A stretch of 64,000 nt of DNA from Somniosus microcephalus (GCA_052327205.1 CM126225.1:7936001-8000000); one strand, 5' to 3'; positions 50,831-64,000 are shown, counted from the stretch's first letter. The notes: generated by a model from the letters alone, not told the origin. Numbers and translations: made by a program.

Positions 50831-53800
50831 TATAGGGTTCTTTGCAGCCGACAGCGAGAGTCCTGAAGGCTGTGTTGCCTGCCTGGTGCCAGGGTTAAGG
50901 ACATCTCCTCTGGGCTGGAGAGAAACTTGGAGTGGGAGGGGGAGGATCCAGTTGTCGTGGTCCATGTTGGTACCAACGACATAGATAGGACAAGGAAAGA
51001 GGTTCTGCTGAGGGAGTTTGAGCAGCTAGGGGCCAAATTAAAAATCAGAACCACAAGGGTAATAATCTCTGGATTACTACCTGAGCCTTGTGCAAATTTG
51101 GCTAGGGTAAATAAAATTAGAGAGTTAAATGTGTGGCTCAAAGACTGGTGTGGGAGAAATGGGTTTTGCTTCTTGGGACACTGGCATCAGTACTGAGACA
51201 GGAGAGAGCTGTTCCGTTGGGACGGACTTCACTTGGCCAGTGCTGGGACTAGAATCCTGGCGAATCGAATAACTAGGGCTGTAGAGAGGGCTTTAAACTA
51301 ATTAGTGGGGGGAAGGTTTTAAGAAAGCGAAAAATAAAAATGACAGCGGAGAAGGCAATAGAGCAAGGTAGCAGTGGGGGAATTAAAAACCAGAGCGTGT
51401 CAGGAAGGGACAGAATGTATGATGATAAAGGTAAAGTAGTAAAAGGGGTAAAAACAGGAATAAATTGTCAGAAAACATATTTGAAAGTTCTTTATCTGAA
51501 TGCACGCAGCATTCGTAACAAAATAGACGAGTTGACGGTACAAATAACTACACATGGTTATGATCTGGTGGCCATTACGGAAACATGGCTGCAAGATGAT
51601 CATGACTGGGAACTAAACATACAAGGGTATTTGACAATTAGGAAGGACAGACAGGAAGGAAAGGGAGGTGGGGTTGCTATGTTAATCAAGGATGGAATCA
51701 CTGCAATAGTCAGAAATGATATTGGGTCAAAGGGTCAGGATAGTGAAACAGTTTGGGTGGAGATAAGGAATAATAAGGGGAAAAAGTCACTAGTGGGCGT
51801 AGTCTATAGGCCTCCTAACAGTTGCAACTCTGTTGGTCAGAGTATAAATCAAGAAATAGTTGGGGCTTGTAATAAGGGAACAGCTATAATCATGGGGGAT
51901 TTTAACTTTCATATTGACTGGACTAATCAAATTGGGCATGGCAGCCTTGAGGAAGAGTTCATAGAGTGTATTAGGGACGGGTTCCTTGAGCAGTATGTAA
52001 CTGAACCAACCAGGGGGCAGGCAATCTTAGATCTGGTCCTGTGTAATGAGACAGGATTAATAAAAAATGTTCCAGTAAAGGATCCCCTTGGAATGAGTGA
52101 CCATAATATGGTTGAATTCCAAATTCAGTTTGAGAGTGAGAGAGTTGGATCTCAAACCAGCGTACTGAGCTTAAATAAAGGAGACCATGAAGGTATGAGA
52201 GTAGAATTGACTAAAGTGGACTGGGAAAACAGATTAAAGTGTAAGATGGTACAAGAGCAGTGGTCTACACTCAAGGAGATATTTCACATCTTTCAAGAAA
52301 AATATATTCCACTGAGGAAAAAGGGGAGTAAAAGAAAAGACAGCCATCCGTGGCTTAGTAAAGTAATAAAGGATAGTATCCGACTGAAAACAAGGGCATA
52401 TAAAGTAGCCAAATCTAGTGGGAGGATAGAAGATTGGGAAGCATTTAAAAGCCAGCAAAGAATAACTAAAAGATTAATGAAGAAAGGGAAGATAGATTAT
52501 GAAAATAAACTAGCAAAAAATATAAAAACAGATAGCAAGAGTTTCTACAGCTATATAAAAAGAAAAAGGGTGGCTAAAGTGAACGTTGGTCCCTTAGAGG
52601 ATGAGACCGGGAAACTAGTGGTGGGGAACATGGAGATGGCAAAGACGCTGAACAAATATTTTTTATCAGTCTTTACAGTAGAGGACACTAAAAATATCCC
52701 AACACTGGACAAACAGGGGGCAATGGGGGGGGGGGGGGGGGAGGAGCTAAACACAATTAAAATCACTAAGGAGGTGGTACTCGGTAAAATAATGGGACTT
52801 AAGGCGGATAAATCCCCCGGACCTGATGGCCTACATCCTAGGGTCTTGAGAGAAGTAGCGGTAGGGATTGTGGATGCATTGATGATTATTTTCCAAAACT
52901 CCCTGGACTCAGGAAAGGTCCCGGCAGATTGGAAAACTGCTAATGTAACACCCTTATTTAAGAAGGGAAGTAGACAAAAAGCTGGAAACTATAGACCAGT
53001 TAGCCTAACATCTGTGGTTGGTAAAATGTTGGAGTCCATTATTAAGGAAACAGTAACAGAGCATTTGGATAAACATAATTTAATAGGACAGAGTCAGCAT
53101 GGTTTTATGAAGGGGAAGTCATGTTTGACAAATTTGCTCGAATTCTTTGAGGATGTAACATACAGGGTGGATAAAGGGGAACCAGTGGATGTAGTGTATT
53201 TGGACTTCCAAAAGGCATTTGACAAGGTGCCACACAAAAGATTACTGATCAAGATAAAAAATCATGGGATTGGGGGTAATATACTGGCATGGGTGGAAGA
53301 TTGGCTATCTAACAGAAAACAAAGAGTTGGGATAAATGGTTCGTTCTCGGGCTGGCAATCAGTAACTAGTGGTGTCCCGCAGGGGTCAGTGCTGGGACCC
53401 CAACTCTTTACAATCTATATTAACGATTTGGAGGAAGGGACCAAGTGCAACATATCCAAGTTTGCCGACGATACAAAGATGGGAGGGAAAGCAGTGAGGA
53501 GGACATAAAAAACCTGCAAAAGGACATAGACAGGCTAAGTGAGTGGGCAGAGATTTGGCAGATGGAATATAATATTGGAAAGTGTGAGGTTATGCACTTT
53601 GGCAGAAAAAATCAAAGAGCAAGTTATTATCTAAATGGAGAGAAACTACAAAGTGCTACAGTACAAAGGGATCTGGGGGTCCTGGTGCATGAAACACAAA
53701 GAGTTAGTATGCAGGTGCAGCAGGTGATCAGGAAGGTCAATGGAATCTTGGCTTTTATTGCAAGGGGGATGGAGTATAAAAACAGGGAAGTCTTGCTGCA

Positions 53801-54392
53801 GTTATACAGGGTATTGGTGAGGCCACACCTGGAATACTGCGTGCAGTTTTGGTTTCCATATTTAAGAAAAGATATACTTGCTCTTGAGGCGGTTCAGAGA
53901 AGGTTCACTCGGTTGATTCCGGAGATGAGGGGGTTGACGTATGAGGAAAGGTTGAGTAGGTTGGGCCTCTACTCATTGGAGTTCAGAAGAATGAGAGGCG
54001 ATCTTATCGAAACATATAAGATTGTGAGGGGGATTGATCGGGTGGATGCGGTGAGGATGTTTCCACTGATGGGTGAGACTAGAACTAGGGGGCATAATCT
54101 TAGAATAAGGGGCTGCCCTTTCAAAACTGAGATGAGGAGAAACTTCTTTACTCAGAGGGTAGTAAATCTATGGAATTTGCTACCCCAGAGAGCTGCGGAA
54201 GCTGCAACATTAAATAAATTTAAAACAGAGATAGACAGTTTCCTAGCAGATAAGGGAATTAGGGGTTACGGGGAGAGGGCAGGGAAGTGGACGTGAGTCT
54301 AGATTCGGATCAGCCATGATCCTATTGAATGGCGGAGCAGGCCCGAGCGGCCGTATGGCCTACTCCTGCTCCTACTTCTTATGTTCTTATGT
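50831..54392 (+). mobile_element. Near-full-length CR1 LINE: ORF1 esterase (SGNH) part with stops, ORF2 APE endonuclease plus RT with one frameshift
   Basis: ORF1 remnant VVVHVGTND...DGLHL ends at 51301. ORF2 (51340-53508 + 53445-54296) has [28 protein letters not shown] and FADD. Tail ttcttatgttcttatgt; flanking aaca repeat. Confidence 0.97.
51340..54296 (+). pseudogene. CR1 ORF2 (endonuclease-reverse transcriptase), disrupted by a small deletion near 53492
   Basis: The 722-aa and 283-aa ORFs overlap just after FADDTK; comparison with the copy at 25670-25700 indicates about 4 nt missing. Confidence 0.9.
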
Positions 54393-54920
54393 AACAGGAG
54401 GAGGCCATTCAGCCCCTCAAGCCTGTTCCGCCATTCAATGAGATCTTGACTGATCTGCGATCTAACTCCATGTAACCGCCTTTGGCCCATATACCTTAAT
54501 ACCTTTGGTTAACAAAAAGCTATCAATTTCAGATTTAAAATTAACAATTGAGCTAGCATCAATTGTTATTTGCGGAAGAGAATTCCAGACTTCTACCACC
54601 CTTTGTGTGTAGAAGTGTTTCCTAATTTCACCCCTGAAAGGTCTGGCTCTAATTTTTAGACTATGCCCCCTAGTCCTAGACTCCCCAACCAGCAGAAATA
54701 GTTTCTCTCTATCTACCCCTATCTGTTCCCATTAATATCTTGAAAACTTCGATCAGATCACCCCTTAACCTTCTAAATTCTAGGGAATACACCCTAATTT
54801 GTGTAATTTCTCCACGTAACTTCTGGTAAACCTACCAGCACTCCCTCCAAGGCCCATATATCCTTCCTAAGGTGCGGTACCCACAACTGCTCACACTACT
54901 CCAGGTGTGGTCTAACCAGG
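54393..54920 (-). mobile_element. CR1 3' fragment whose extreme tail is left at 50821-50830
   Basis: Near identity to 45231-45565; cataggaaca (50821) and aacaggaggagg (54393) rejoin into the intact tail. Confidence 0.88.
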
Positions 54921-54923
54921 TTA

Positions 54924-55372
54924 GCCAGGTCAAGGCAGCCCGCTTGATCGACACCCCATCTACCACCTTAAACATTAATTCCTTCCACCACCGGCGCACC
55001 GTGGCTGCAGTGTGTACCATCTACAAGATGCACTGCAGCAACTCGCCAAGGCTTCTTCGACAGCACCTCCCAAACCCGCGACCTCAACCAACTAGAAGGA
55101 CAAGGGCAACAGGTGCATGGGAACACCACCACCTCCAAGTTCCCCTCCAAGTCACACACCATCCTGACCTGGAAATATATTGGTCGTTCCTTCATCGTTG
55201 CTGGGTCAAAATCCTGGAACTCCCTCCCTAACAGCACAGTGGGAGCACCTTCACCACACGGACTGCAGCGGTTCAAGCAGCGGCTCACCACCACCTTCTC
55301 AAGGGCAATTAGGGATGGGTAATAAATGCTGACCTTGATAGCGACGCCCATAACCTGGAACGAATAAAAAAA
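54924..55372 (+). mobile_element. Non-LTR LINE 3' end; its 5' continuation is at 50782-50822
   Basis: Remnant TLKKLDTVQ|KAARLIDTPSTTLNINSFHHRRTVAAVCTIYKMH; A-rich tail. Confidence 0.8.
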
Positions 55373-55533
55373 TAATTCTTTCTCATGGTGCCTTTCTTGA
55401 GCTGCTTGGCAACTCTGCATTTAACTCCCAGATCTGGAACGCACTGTCTGAAAGGGCAGTGGAAGCAGATTCAATACTAACTTTCAAAAGGGAATTGGGA
55501 AAATACTTGAAAAGGAAAAATTTGCAGGGCTAT

Positions 55534-56006
55534 AAAAGAAAGACTTGCATTTATATAGCGCTTTTCACGACCACCAGACGTCCCAAAGCACTTTACAGCC
55601 AATTAAATACTTTTAATTTTGAAGTGGAGTCACTGTTGTAATGTAGGAAACACAGCAGCCAATTTGCGCACAGCAAGCTCCCACAAACAGCAATGTGATG
55701 ATGACCAGATAATCTGTTTTAGTGATGTTGATTGAGGGATAAATATTGGCCTCAGGACACCGGGGAGAACTCCCCGGCTCTTCTTCAAAATAGTGCCATG
55801 GGATCTTTTACGTCCACCTGAAAGAGCAGACGGGGCCTCGGTTTAATGTCTCACCCAAAAGATGGCACCTCCGACAGTGCCGCACTCCCTCAGTACTGCA
55901 CTGAATTGTCAGCCTAGATTTTTGTGCTCAAATCCCTGGAGTGGGACTTGAATCCACAATCTTGTGACTCAGTGGTGAGGTTGCCACCAACTGAGCCACA
56001 GCTGAC
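55534..56006 (-). mobile_element. Full-length Deu-domain SINE inserted in a CR1 tail
   Basis: Complete head, core and tail; gctat duplicated at 55529-55533 and 56008-56012. Confidence 0.88.
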
Positions 56007-56209
56007 AGCTATGGGGAAAGAGCAGGGGGAGTGGGACTATTTGGATATATCTAGCAAAAAGCCAGCACAGCCACAATGGGCCGAATGGCCTCCTTCTGTG
56101 CTATATCATCGAAGAATCATAGAAATTTACAGCACAGAAGGAGACCATTCGGCCCATAGTGTCCGTGCCGGCCGAAAAAGAGCTATCCAGCCTAATCCCG
56201 GCCTAATCA

Positions 56210-56554
56210 GGGCAGCACGGTGGCATAGTGGTTAGCACTGTTGCCTCACAGCGCCAGGGACCCGGGTTCAAATCCGGCCTCGGGTGACTGTCTGTGTGGA
56301 GTTTGTACATTTTCCCCGTGTTTGCGTGGGTTTCCTCCCACAGTCCAAAGATGTGCGGGTTAGGTTGATTGGCTATGATAAATTGACCCTTAGTGTTAGG
56401 GGGATTAAATACGTGGGGTTACGGGGATAGGGTGGGATATGTGTTGGCGTAGGGGTTACGGGGATCGGGTGGGATATGTGTCGGTGCAGGCTCGATGGGC
56501 CGAAATGGCCTCTATCTGCACTGTGGGGTTTCTGTGATTCTGTGTGATTCTGTG
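56210..56554 (+). mobile_element. HE1-like V-SINE (elasmobranch), inserted in a minus-strand CR1 tail
   Basis: tRNA-like head gggcagcacggtggcatagtggttagcac...ggttcaaatcc, V-domain ctgtgtggagtttg...gcgtgggtttcctcc, CR1/HER1-type tail (gattctgt)n. Confidence 0.85.
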
Positions 56555-57084
56555 ATCCCACTTTCCAGCTCTTGGTCCGTAGCCTTGTAGGTTATGGCAC
56601 TTCAAGCGCATAATTCATTCTATGATTGCAGTTGCTCTCAAAATGTTGCTCTTGCTTGGCTACTTAGGGAGGACATTAAAAGTCAACAATGAGACTGGAG
56701 TCTCAAGAAAGTCAGACTGATTATCCCCGTCCCTGAAAGAATGAGTGAAACAGTTGGGCTTTTTATAAAATTCAGTGGATTTCATGGGCATTTTTTCCCC
56801 CCTGGTGCTCATCTACCAATTACCAGATTTATTAAATTCAGTTTCATAACTTGCCACGAAGGGATTGATTGAATTGATGAGATCTTGGTCCGACACCAGA
56901 ACCACTGTGCTGTAGATGTGTTGAAAAGGTCAATGGGTCCCATTTTACAATGAGATTTTTAGATACTAAAATTAATGGAATATCATTTTTCCAGAGTGAG
57001 CTTCACAGGAAATTATTACATTTATTGATGACACACTGGGGTCTGAGAGGTTTACACTTATGTTAAATTTATTGGCATACCACC

Positions 57085-57690
57085 AATACAACTTGTATTT
57101 ATACAGCACCTTTAAACGTCCCAACGCGCTCGCAGGGGCATAATCAGACACATTTTGATACTGAATTAAAGGAGGCATTAGGACGGGTGATTAAAAGCTT
57201 GGTCTAAAAAAGGTAGATTTTAAGAACCGTCTTAAAGGAGGCGGAGAGGTGTAGGGAGGGAATTCTAGAGCTTAGTGTCTAGACGGCTGAACGCACAGCC
57301 GCCAATACTGGGGCAAAGGGAGTGGGGGATGCACAAGAGGCCAGAGTTGAAGGGCTGGAGGTTACAGAGATAGGGAGGGGCAAGACCATGGAGGGAATTG
57401 AACATCAGGATGAGAATTTTTAAAGTTGAGGCATTGATGGACCAGTTTAGGTCAGTGGGGGGGGGGCTGCGGTGGGGGAAGGGGATGGATGAACGGGATT
57501 CGGTGCGAGTTAGGACACAGGAAGCAGAGTTTTGGATGAGCTCAAGTTTATGGAGGGTGGAAATTGGGAGGTCAGCAAGCAGAGTGTTGAGCTAGTTGAG
57601 TCGGGAGGTAAAACATGGATGAGCCTTTCAGCAGCAGATAAGCTGAGGCAGGGGCGGAGGTGCAAGTAGGCGGTCTTTGTGTTGGAGAGG
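57085..57690 (-). mobile_element. L2-clade LINE 3' fragment
   Basis: Homologous to 20383-20920. Confidence 0.75.
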
Positions 57691-59439
57691 ATATGGTGCA
57701 AAAACTCATTATAGTGAATGTGTTTCTGCAAGATAGGGCATTCCGCATCTCAGTTAAGTGCTGGCTTTATTACCTTGGCCTCTTCTGTGTTACTATTTTG
57801 GTCACAAGTCAACAAACATCTGGGAATTGCCCATTTCTTTTCCTGCCGATTTTATTCCTTTTGGGAAGGTGTTGACCCTTTACTCTGGCACTCTGAAATG
57901 TTTTATTACCTCATGGCTGGATTTCTCTAATGCTCTCCTTGCTATGCTGCCTGCTTCTACCAGTGGTAAACTATTTCATCAGGAATGTTGCAATCTGTGT
58001 GGTCAACTACACTAAGGCCCCTCATCAAAACACTTGCTTCCTATGTCCCAGAGAATTGTACTTTTAAAGTTCTTCTTGTCCTTTACATCCCTCTCTAACT
58101 TGGTGTTTTCCTCCAGCCATCAATCATCATAAGCACCTTCCAGTCCTCTGATATTGGATACCTGCTCACTCCATTCAACAATTGGTGGCTGCTCCTTTTG
58201 CCTTTGCCCTTTGGATCCCCCGTTTGCCCTCAAAAGTCTCCCCCAGGAGTCAGATATGCTTCCGCCAACCACCCTCCCCACTTGGCGTCCACTCGCTGTC
58301 CACTGCCCTTGCAAGTGCTGGGAGATGTCTCTGTACTTGATGTGTGCGATGAAATGCAAGTTGTTGTACAGTCTCACAAGCACCAGCTGCCTTCTGTTTT
58401 CTCGACCAAGTAGCCATGGTAATTTTCGTTAGTGAGAATCAGCACCTTGTCCAAACACTGGGCATCTACAGCTGATACCCAATTCTAATCTCACTCGATT
58501 TCCACACACCTTCCCGTGGAGTTGCTGAATAGCAATCAGGGGCATGAACCCGAGCTATTTTTCCCCTCGCTAGTCCTAGGGGGCTGAAGCCAACTGTAAT
58601 TCCCCTATTTAGGATTATCTCAAAGTATACTTGGGTTATCAAATGTCCAGATCTGACCTAATTTATTCAGTTTTGTTTGAGTGTCAATTTAAGAGCTTTG
58701 TAACTGGTTGCTGTGGATGTGTGGTAGCCTCTTACTGTGTCGAATCTGCAAATGAACAGAACTGCCTCACATAAATGTTCATCTCCAGAAAGAACAGATG
58801 CTCAGTGCAGTATATTTGATTTTCAACATGCCACTCTCGTATTTTCAGCAAGTCAGCAGTGGAGAATGCCAATGGAAAGTATAAAGTGACGGTATTTTTG
58901 CATGCCATCTGTACCTCACAATCAATACACTGTAATCCCATGCCACAATATTCTTTGTACCCAAGATACTGCTTGAGCTTGGTGGCTGTGTTCTGAGCAG
59001 AGCGGTTTCAGATTGTGAGCCGCTGAGGTCACAGATCCACGTCGGGTAAACCTCTGCTTCCACTGTCCGAGATCCAGAGTCTGCTGACATGATTGGTGAG
59101 GAAATGCCAAGATTTAGAATTGGCTGAATGTTAAAGTTAAGAGTTGGTCTCCCAACGAGTGAAACATACGTTTGCATTAATAAAGCAGCAACGTTATGGG
59201 TACAGAGATAAAAGTAACCCTTAAATATTGCAACACCAGCTGTGTATGCAGCAAGATATTTGTCATATTGTGGACGTTACAACTGCAGATGGGCCACTAT
59301 TAAATTACAATGCCATGCGGAAATCAGTAGTTTTTTACTTCAATTTCCTCATCTTCTGAAGATGGTGGCTCCTGCTAGGCATGGCCATCAACACCCATCT
59401 GGTGGTGCGCACAAGTGGCCATTCTTCACGTCGAGGGAA

Positions 59440-60480
59440 ATCCAGAGCGTGCGGCCTAAGCGATTGAAGGCACGGCCACCAATGGTGGGGTGAAGGGAGC
59501 GGGATGATCAAGAGACCAAAGTCAGAATGAAGAGTTCGTGGAGGGTGAGGGGTGGGGGAGAGAATTTGTCAGAGGATACAGAGATAGTCAAGGGCAAGGT
59601 CATGGAGGGATTTAATTACGTGGATGAGGACAGGACAAGTAGCTGGATGCGGGATAGGATCCGGGTAGTAGAGTTCGGGATGAGCTGAAGTTTATGGAGG
59701 GTGGAGGATGAGAGGCTAAAGCGGCCAGGAGAACATTGGAATAGATGAATCGGTGACAAGGTTACATAGTTTGTGGCGGAGGCTGAAAATGACGGCTTCC
59801 GTCTTCCCAATGTTTAACTGAAACAAAGTACGGCATATCCAAGACTGGATATTGGACAAGCAATCCGATAATACAACCAATGGCAGGAGTCAAGAGAGGT
59901 GGTGGAGAGGTAGATCTGTGGGTCGTCAGCATACGTGTAGTAGCTAACCCTATGCCTACGGCTGATGTTGCCAAGGGGCAGCACCAATGTTCCCTCTAGC
60001 TAATTCTTTTTGGGTGCATGGCCCCTTTAACAGGCTACGCGGCCCATTCAAATTTCTGCGCATGCGCGGTTTTTCCATTTAAAAGCTGCTGAGCGACCTG
60101 CGTGGGACTGCCAGACTGTTGTGCGACCGCACAGCTTAACGGGAACATTAGGCGGCACCGTAGATGTTGGGGGGTGGGGGATAGATCCTTGAGGGACTCC
60201 AGAGATAACGGTGTGAGAGTGGGAAGAGAAGCCATTGCTGGCGATGCTTGGGCTGCGATTGGATAGGCGACGATGAAACCAAGCGAGGATAGTCCCATTG
60301 AGCCGGACAAGAGAGAAGAGGCATTGGAGGAGGATGGAGTTGTTGACCATGTCAAAACTTGCAGAGGTTGTCGAGGAAGGATAATGCATCACTGTCAGTT
60401 ACAGAGGATATTATTTGTGACTTTCGTCAAGGCTGTTTTGGCACTGTAGCAGGGGTGGAAATCTGATTGGAGAGATTCAA
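59440..60480 (-). mobile_element. L2-clade LINE fragment (RT region) interrupted by a MITE
   Basis: Remnants FDMVNNSILLQCL, LAWFHRRLSNRS and SGVPQGS. Confidence 0.75.
59985..60150. mobile_element. hAT-type MITE, second copy
   Basis: TIR caatgttccc / gggaacatta; 8-bp target duplication ggcagcac/ggcggcac. Confidence 0.82.
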
Positions 60481-61004
60481 AATGCAGTAGCCAATTTGCC
60501 CACAGCAAGGTCTAATAAACAGCACACAAAAGAATCTGCTTTTGGTGGTCATCGACCTGAAATGTTAACCCTACCTTCCTCTCTCCACAGATGCTGCCTG
60601 ACCTGCTGAGTTTTCCCAGCACTTTCTGTATCTATTTCTGCTTTTGCTGGTGTTGGCTGGCCAGCACTTTGGGCGAGAGCTCTGCTCCTTTTTGAATAGT
60701 GCCATGGGATCTGTTTGCATCCACCTAAACAGACAAACCAGGCTTCAATTTAACATCTAATCTGAAAGATGGTATCTCCAAGAATGCAGCACACCCTCAG
60801 TATTGCACTGCAGTGTCAGCCTAGATTATATGCTTAATTCCTGGAGAGGGGCAATTGGTTGCATTTCCAGCAGGAGTCATCAGATTGTGATCGAGCGTGG
60901 AAAACCTTGCTGATTTCTCTCTCCTATAACCGAAGGGCACTGAGGGCAATTGTTGTAGCCCCCAGTGGCACTCTGGTTGAAATCAGCTAACTAACTCGAC
61001 TCAG

Positions 61005-61365
61005 GAAGCACTCTCGCCTCCGAGTCAGAAGTTTGTGGGTTCGAATCCCGCTCCATGACATGAGTACATAATCTCAGCCAATACTTTAGTGCAGTGCTGA
61101 GGGAGTGCTGCATTGTTGAAGGTGCCATCCTTTGCATGAAACAGTCAACCTGGGGCCTGTCTGTCTGTTCAGGTGGATTACAAAGATCTCATAGCACATT
61201 CCTTGTGGTGTCCTGGCCAACATTTATCCCTCAACCAACACCCGCAAAACAGATCAACTGGTCATTTATCTCATTACATTTGTATGGTGTTTACATTTGC
61301 CTACATTACAACAGTGACTGCATTTCAAATGTAATTCATTGGCTGTGAAGTACTTTGGGATGTCC
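61005..61365 (+). mobile_element. Deu-domain SINE, diverged
   Basis: Head gagtcagaagtttgtgggttcgaatccc and core shared with 50329-50775. Confidence 0.75.
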
Positions 61366-64000
61366 CCCTGTCACCTTCCTCATCTGTATGGCTTAGATAA
61401 TCACAGCTTTTCCAAACCATTATATTCTACTTTCTTTGTTGTAATTAATTCATTGGGCAGGAGTGGCAAGCAAAATGTGTGAAAGTGGCACAAGGTCACT
61501 CGCCTAACCTTTCCAGACCCTCCTTATGCAAAATAGCATCTCCTCCACCCTGTATTGCTCCTCTGCTTGGTTTGGGCACTTGCAGAGTGTTAACACAAGT
61601 CTGAGTGCTGTGCGACACAGTCTGTTGGTGTGGCATCCAAAATACCAACTTCTTAAAACACTAAGATACTCAAATATGTGAAAATGCATCAAATAGCTCG
61701 TCTGATAACTCAACAGGTTTAGGCAGCGAGTAGCCGAGCCATATTGATCTGGAAGAGTTGATCTTATTTGTGGTGATGGTAAGTGTAAGATAGCATCTTG
61801 ATATCTCAAATACTCTAAGATTCGGATTCCGGTATCACAGGAACAGGAGTAGGCCATTCAGCCCCTCGAGCCTGTCCCGGCAGCAGTCGACTTTCTTTAC
61901 TTCAGATATTAATTACAATAAGCAGACAATGAATACATCTGTGTCTACAGGCAAATAGTTCACTGGGATAATCTGGTCCTCCAGATCTTGTCTCTAATCC
62001 AGAGACTTCAAGCTGCTCATCTGCATGTATCCTCACACAAACTACTTCCTTCTCGTTTCATCATTCTTGCCTAATTTTGGCAAATGTGTAGGTCAGTAGA
62101 TCGCCCCCGCCCCCCTCAAAGACCCCTGACCGCTAGTAATCTGTTCAGCAGAGCCAGACAGATCAGGAATATACTTCTGACAGAACCAGACACTTCAGGA
62201 GAGACAGGACAGAAGCAAAGGTCCTCACAACAGGTCGCACAAGAAGATAGTGTCAGAAGCAGCTGATCCAGTGAATGGTTTATGGCAAGCTGGTACCAAA
62301 CAAAGACAATGAGACAACCTTGGCAAGGCAGGGATAAGGGAATATGCCATTCTTGTCACTCGGATAGGGGACGTCTGCTCATTGCGGAAATCAGAATACG
62401 CCTGGTGCTCAGCAGGTTGGTACATCCTTCGCCCGAGGTCGTGTAAGGCACTATATAAATGCAAGTCTTTCTTTCTTGCTAACTAACCTTTCCCAAAACA
62501 TCTTGGCCTTTTTCAGAAATTTTATCCTAAAACTTGGTTGACCCGACAGTAAGGGATTGTCTCACCACTGAGTTAAGGTGGAAGAAAAATCAACTGTGAT
62601 CAGTATGCAGGGCCCACTGGGAGCAAATGTGTGTGTATGGCTATCGGGCTCTACTACAATAGCCCCGTTGTAAAATAACCTGCCGCCACTCACCATCAAG
62701 GCCCACACACGAAGGGTGGCCACTGAACCTGGTACTGGAAGGGTGACCGGTGCCTTTTGACAGTTTCCCAGCCAGGAGTCAACTCCCTCAGTAGAGGAGG
62801 TGAGTAAATTGGCAGGAGAAAAACAGAAAATCCATCAACTACCCACAGTCAAACACATCAGCATTTTGCAACTAGCAGATCTCCCCCCTATGTGGGGTGG
62901 AAACTATAGTTCCTTTGGGAGTTCTAGAGAGTGTAGGCCCAGTGCTTAAAACCAGAGCCTAGGAATTCTAGTAAGTTAAAGTTCCAACACCTAACTGTTT
63001 TCTCTTCATAAGAACCAAAGCACCACAAATTGTCAATAATTGAGGGAAAAAACCAAATGGATAATACTAATTTATTACAAGTATACAAACAATCAAATTT
63101 ACACATTCATTCACTGCAATTAAATACAATATCTTGAACACTGGCCTTTTGCTCATCTGGTGATTTTTTTTTTATTCGTTCATGGGATGTGGGCGTAGGA
63201 TGTGCCAGTGTTTGGTACAGATGCACCTGGCTGCCATTTTGTGAACTGTGGCAGACATTTTGTGTAGTATGCTAATATATGTGTCACAGGTTAATCCCAA
63301 CAATGAAAGCAGACACTGTGACTGGCACTAGCCACTTTGTAATGGAAATGACTGTTTTGATGCAGATTTTTTTTGTAGACTAAGGACGTTCAGATTTCCC
63401 CCCAAAAATTGTGTAAACTTAGCTTCCCAATTACTCAGCAGGCTTCGGGAGCAAGTAGCTGAATTGTAAAGAGCAGCAGGGTCCCAGGTTCGATACTGGT
63501 TGATCTTAGCTAGGGTGTAACAATTGTCAACAAGATCCCCCCAGGGTAGGGAGGGGATAATTGGTCAGGATTTGCTTTCCTAATCATTATCTCTGCTGGA
63601 ACTGTGGAGCTCAGGCGAGGAAAGGATCAGGCTCTGATCTGAGGTTGAATTTTCTTCCCCCGCCCCATCTCTGAACAGAACTGAAACAGAACACAGGAGA
63701 AGAAACTAAAGTCTTTAAATGCTGCTGAAATGGCTGCATCCAAAACAGAAAACTCTGTCAAAGACTGAGAGAATCACCCCGTCAGACAGTGGCAGTCAGT
63801 CAGAACTTTACGAATTACCACCGTGGAGTCCACTGTTGTAAAGAAAACTGCTGCAGTCGCGTAGCCTGCTGACGGCCAATATCTGCACCACACACGAGTA
63901 ATGGCCACTTGAGCAAGGTACAGAGGGTACCTTGTGAAACTGTACCCCAGCCGCTTCAGAAGGGGAGGGGAGACAAGAGCAGGAGAGTTCTCCCCAGTGT

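Noticed and set aside
56210-56285. tRNA-like sequence with A and B boxes (also at 50329 and 61005)
   Set aside because: Runs directly into SINE cores and LINE-type tails; these are SINE heads, not tRNA genes.
61510-61680. Peptide ISSTLYCSSAWFGHLQ vaguely like a Rex/Babar or L2 ORF2 C-terminus
   Set aside because: Too short and degenerate to call.
62830-63780. Possible 3' end of the upstream neighbour (NPEPPS in mammalian synteny): minus-strand AATAAA near 63071 and an acceptor-like tract near 63680
   Set aside because: No coding exon of that gene is recognisable in the window, and these signals are common by chance.

Overview
Eukaryotic, cartilaginous-fish-type genomic DNA. The HE1-like V-SINE, Deu-domain SINEs and abundant CR1/L2 LINEs point to a shark or ray. 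The window holds one complete protein-coding gene, importin beta-1 (KPNB1), on the minus strand. Its 22 coding exons were traced by hand from the ATG at 47438 to a TG|A stop split across the last intron; they total 2631 nt (876 aa plus stop), all introns are GT-AG, and the 3' UTR is about 2 kb. The main unexplained structure is a family of box C/D snoRNA-like genes, one per intron, in KPNB1 introns 4, 5, 8 and 14, plus a decayed copy in intron 7. All carry the same D'-box guide (CATGCACCAC), complementary to the 18S rRNA motif GUGGUGCAUGG (predicted site equivalent to human Gm1328). The promoter carries nine NF-Y-type CCAAT boxes, five at exact 52-bp spacing. A probable first exon of an unidentified downstream gene lies at about 1.1 kb. 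The rest is repeats: a near-full-length CR1 in a three-level nest, SINEs, MITEs, minisatellites and an assembly gap. Comparisons with human sequences are from memory and need alignment.
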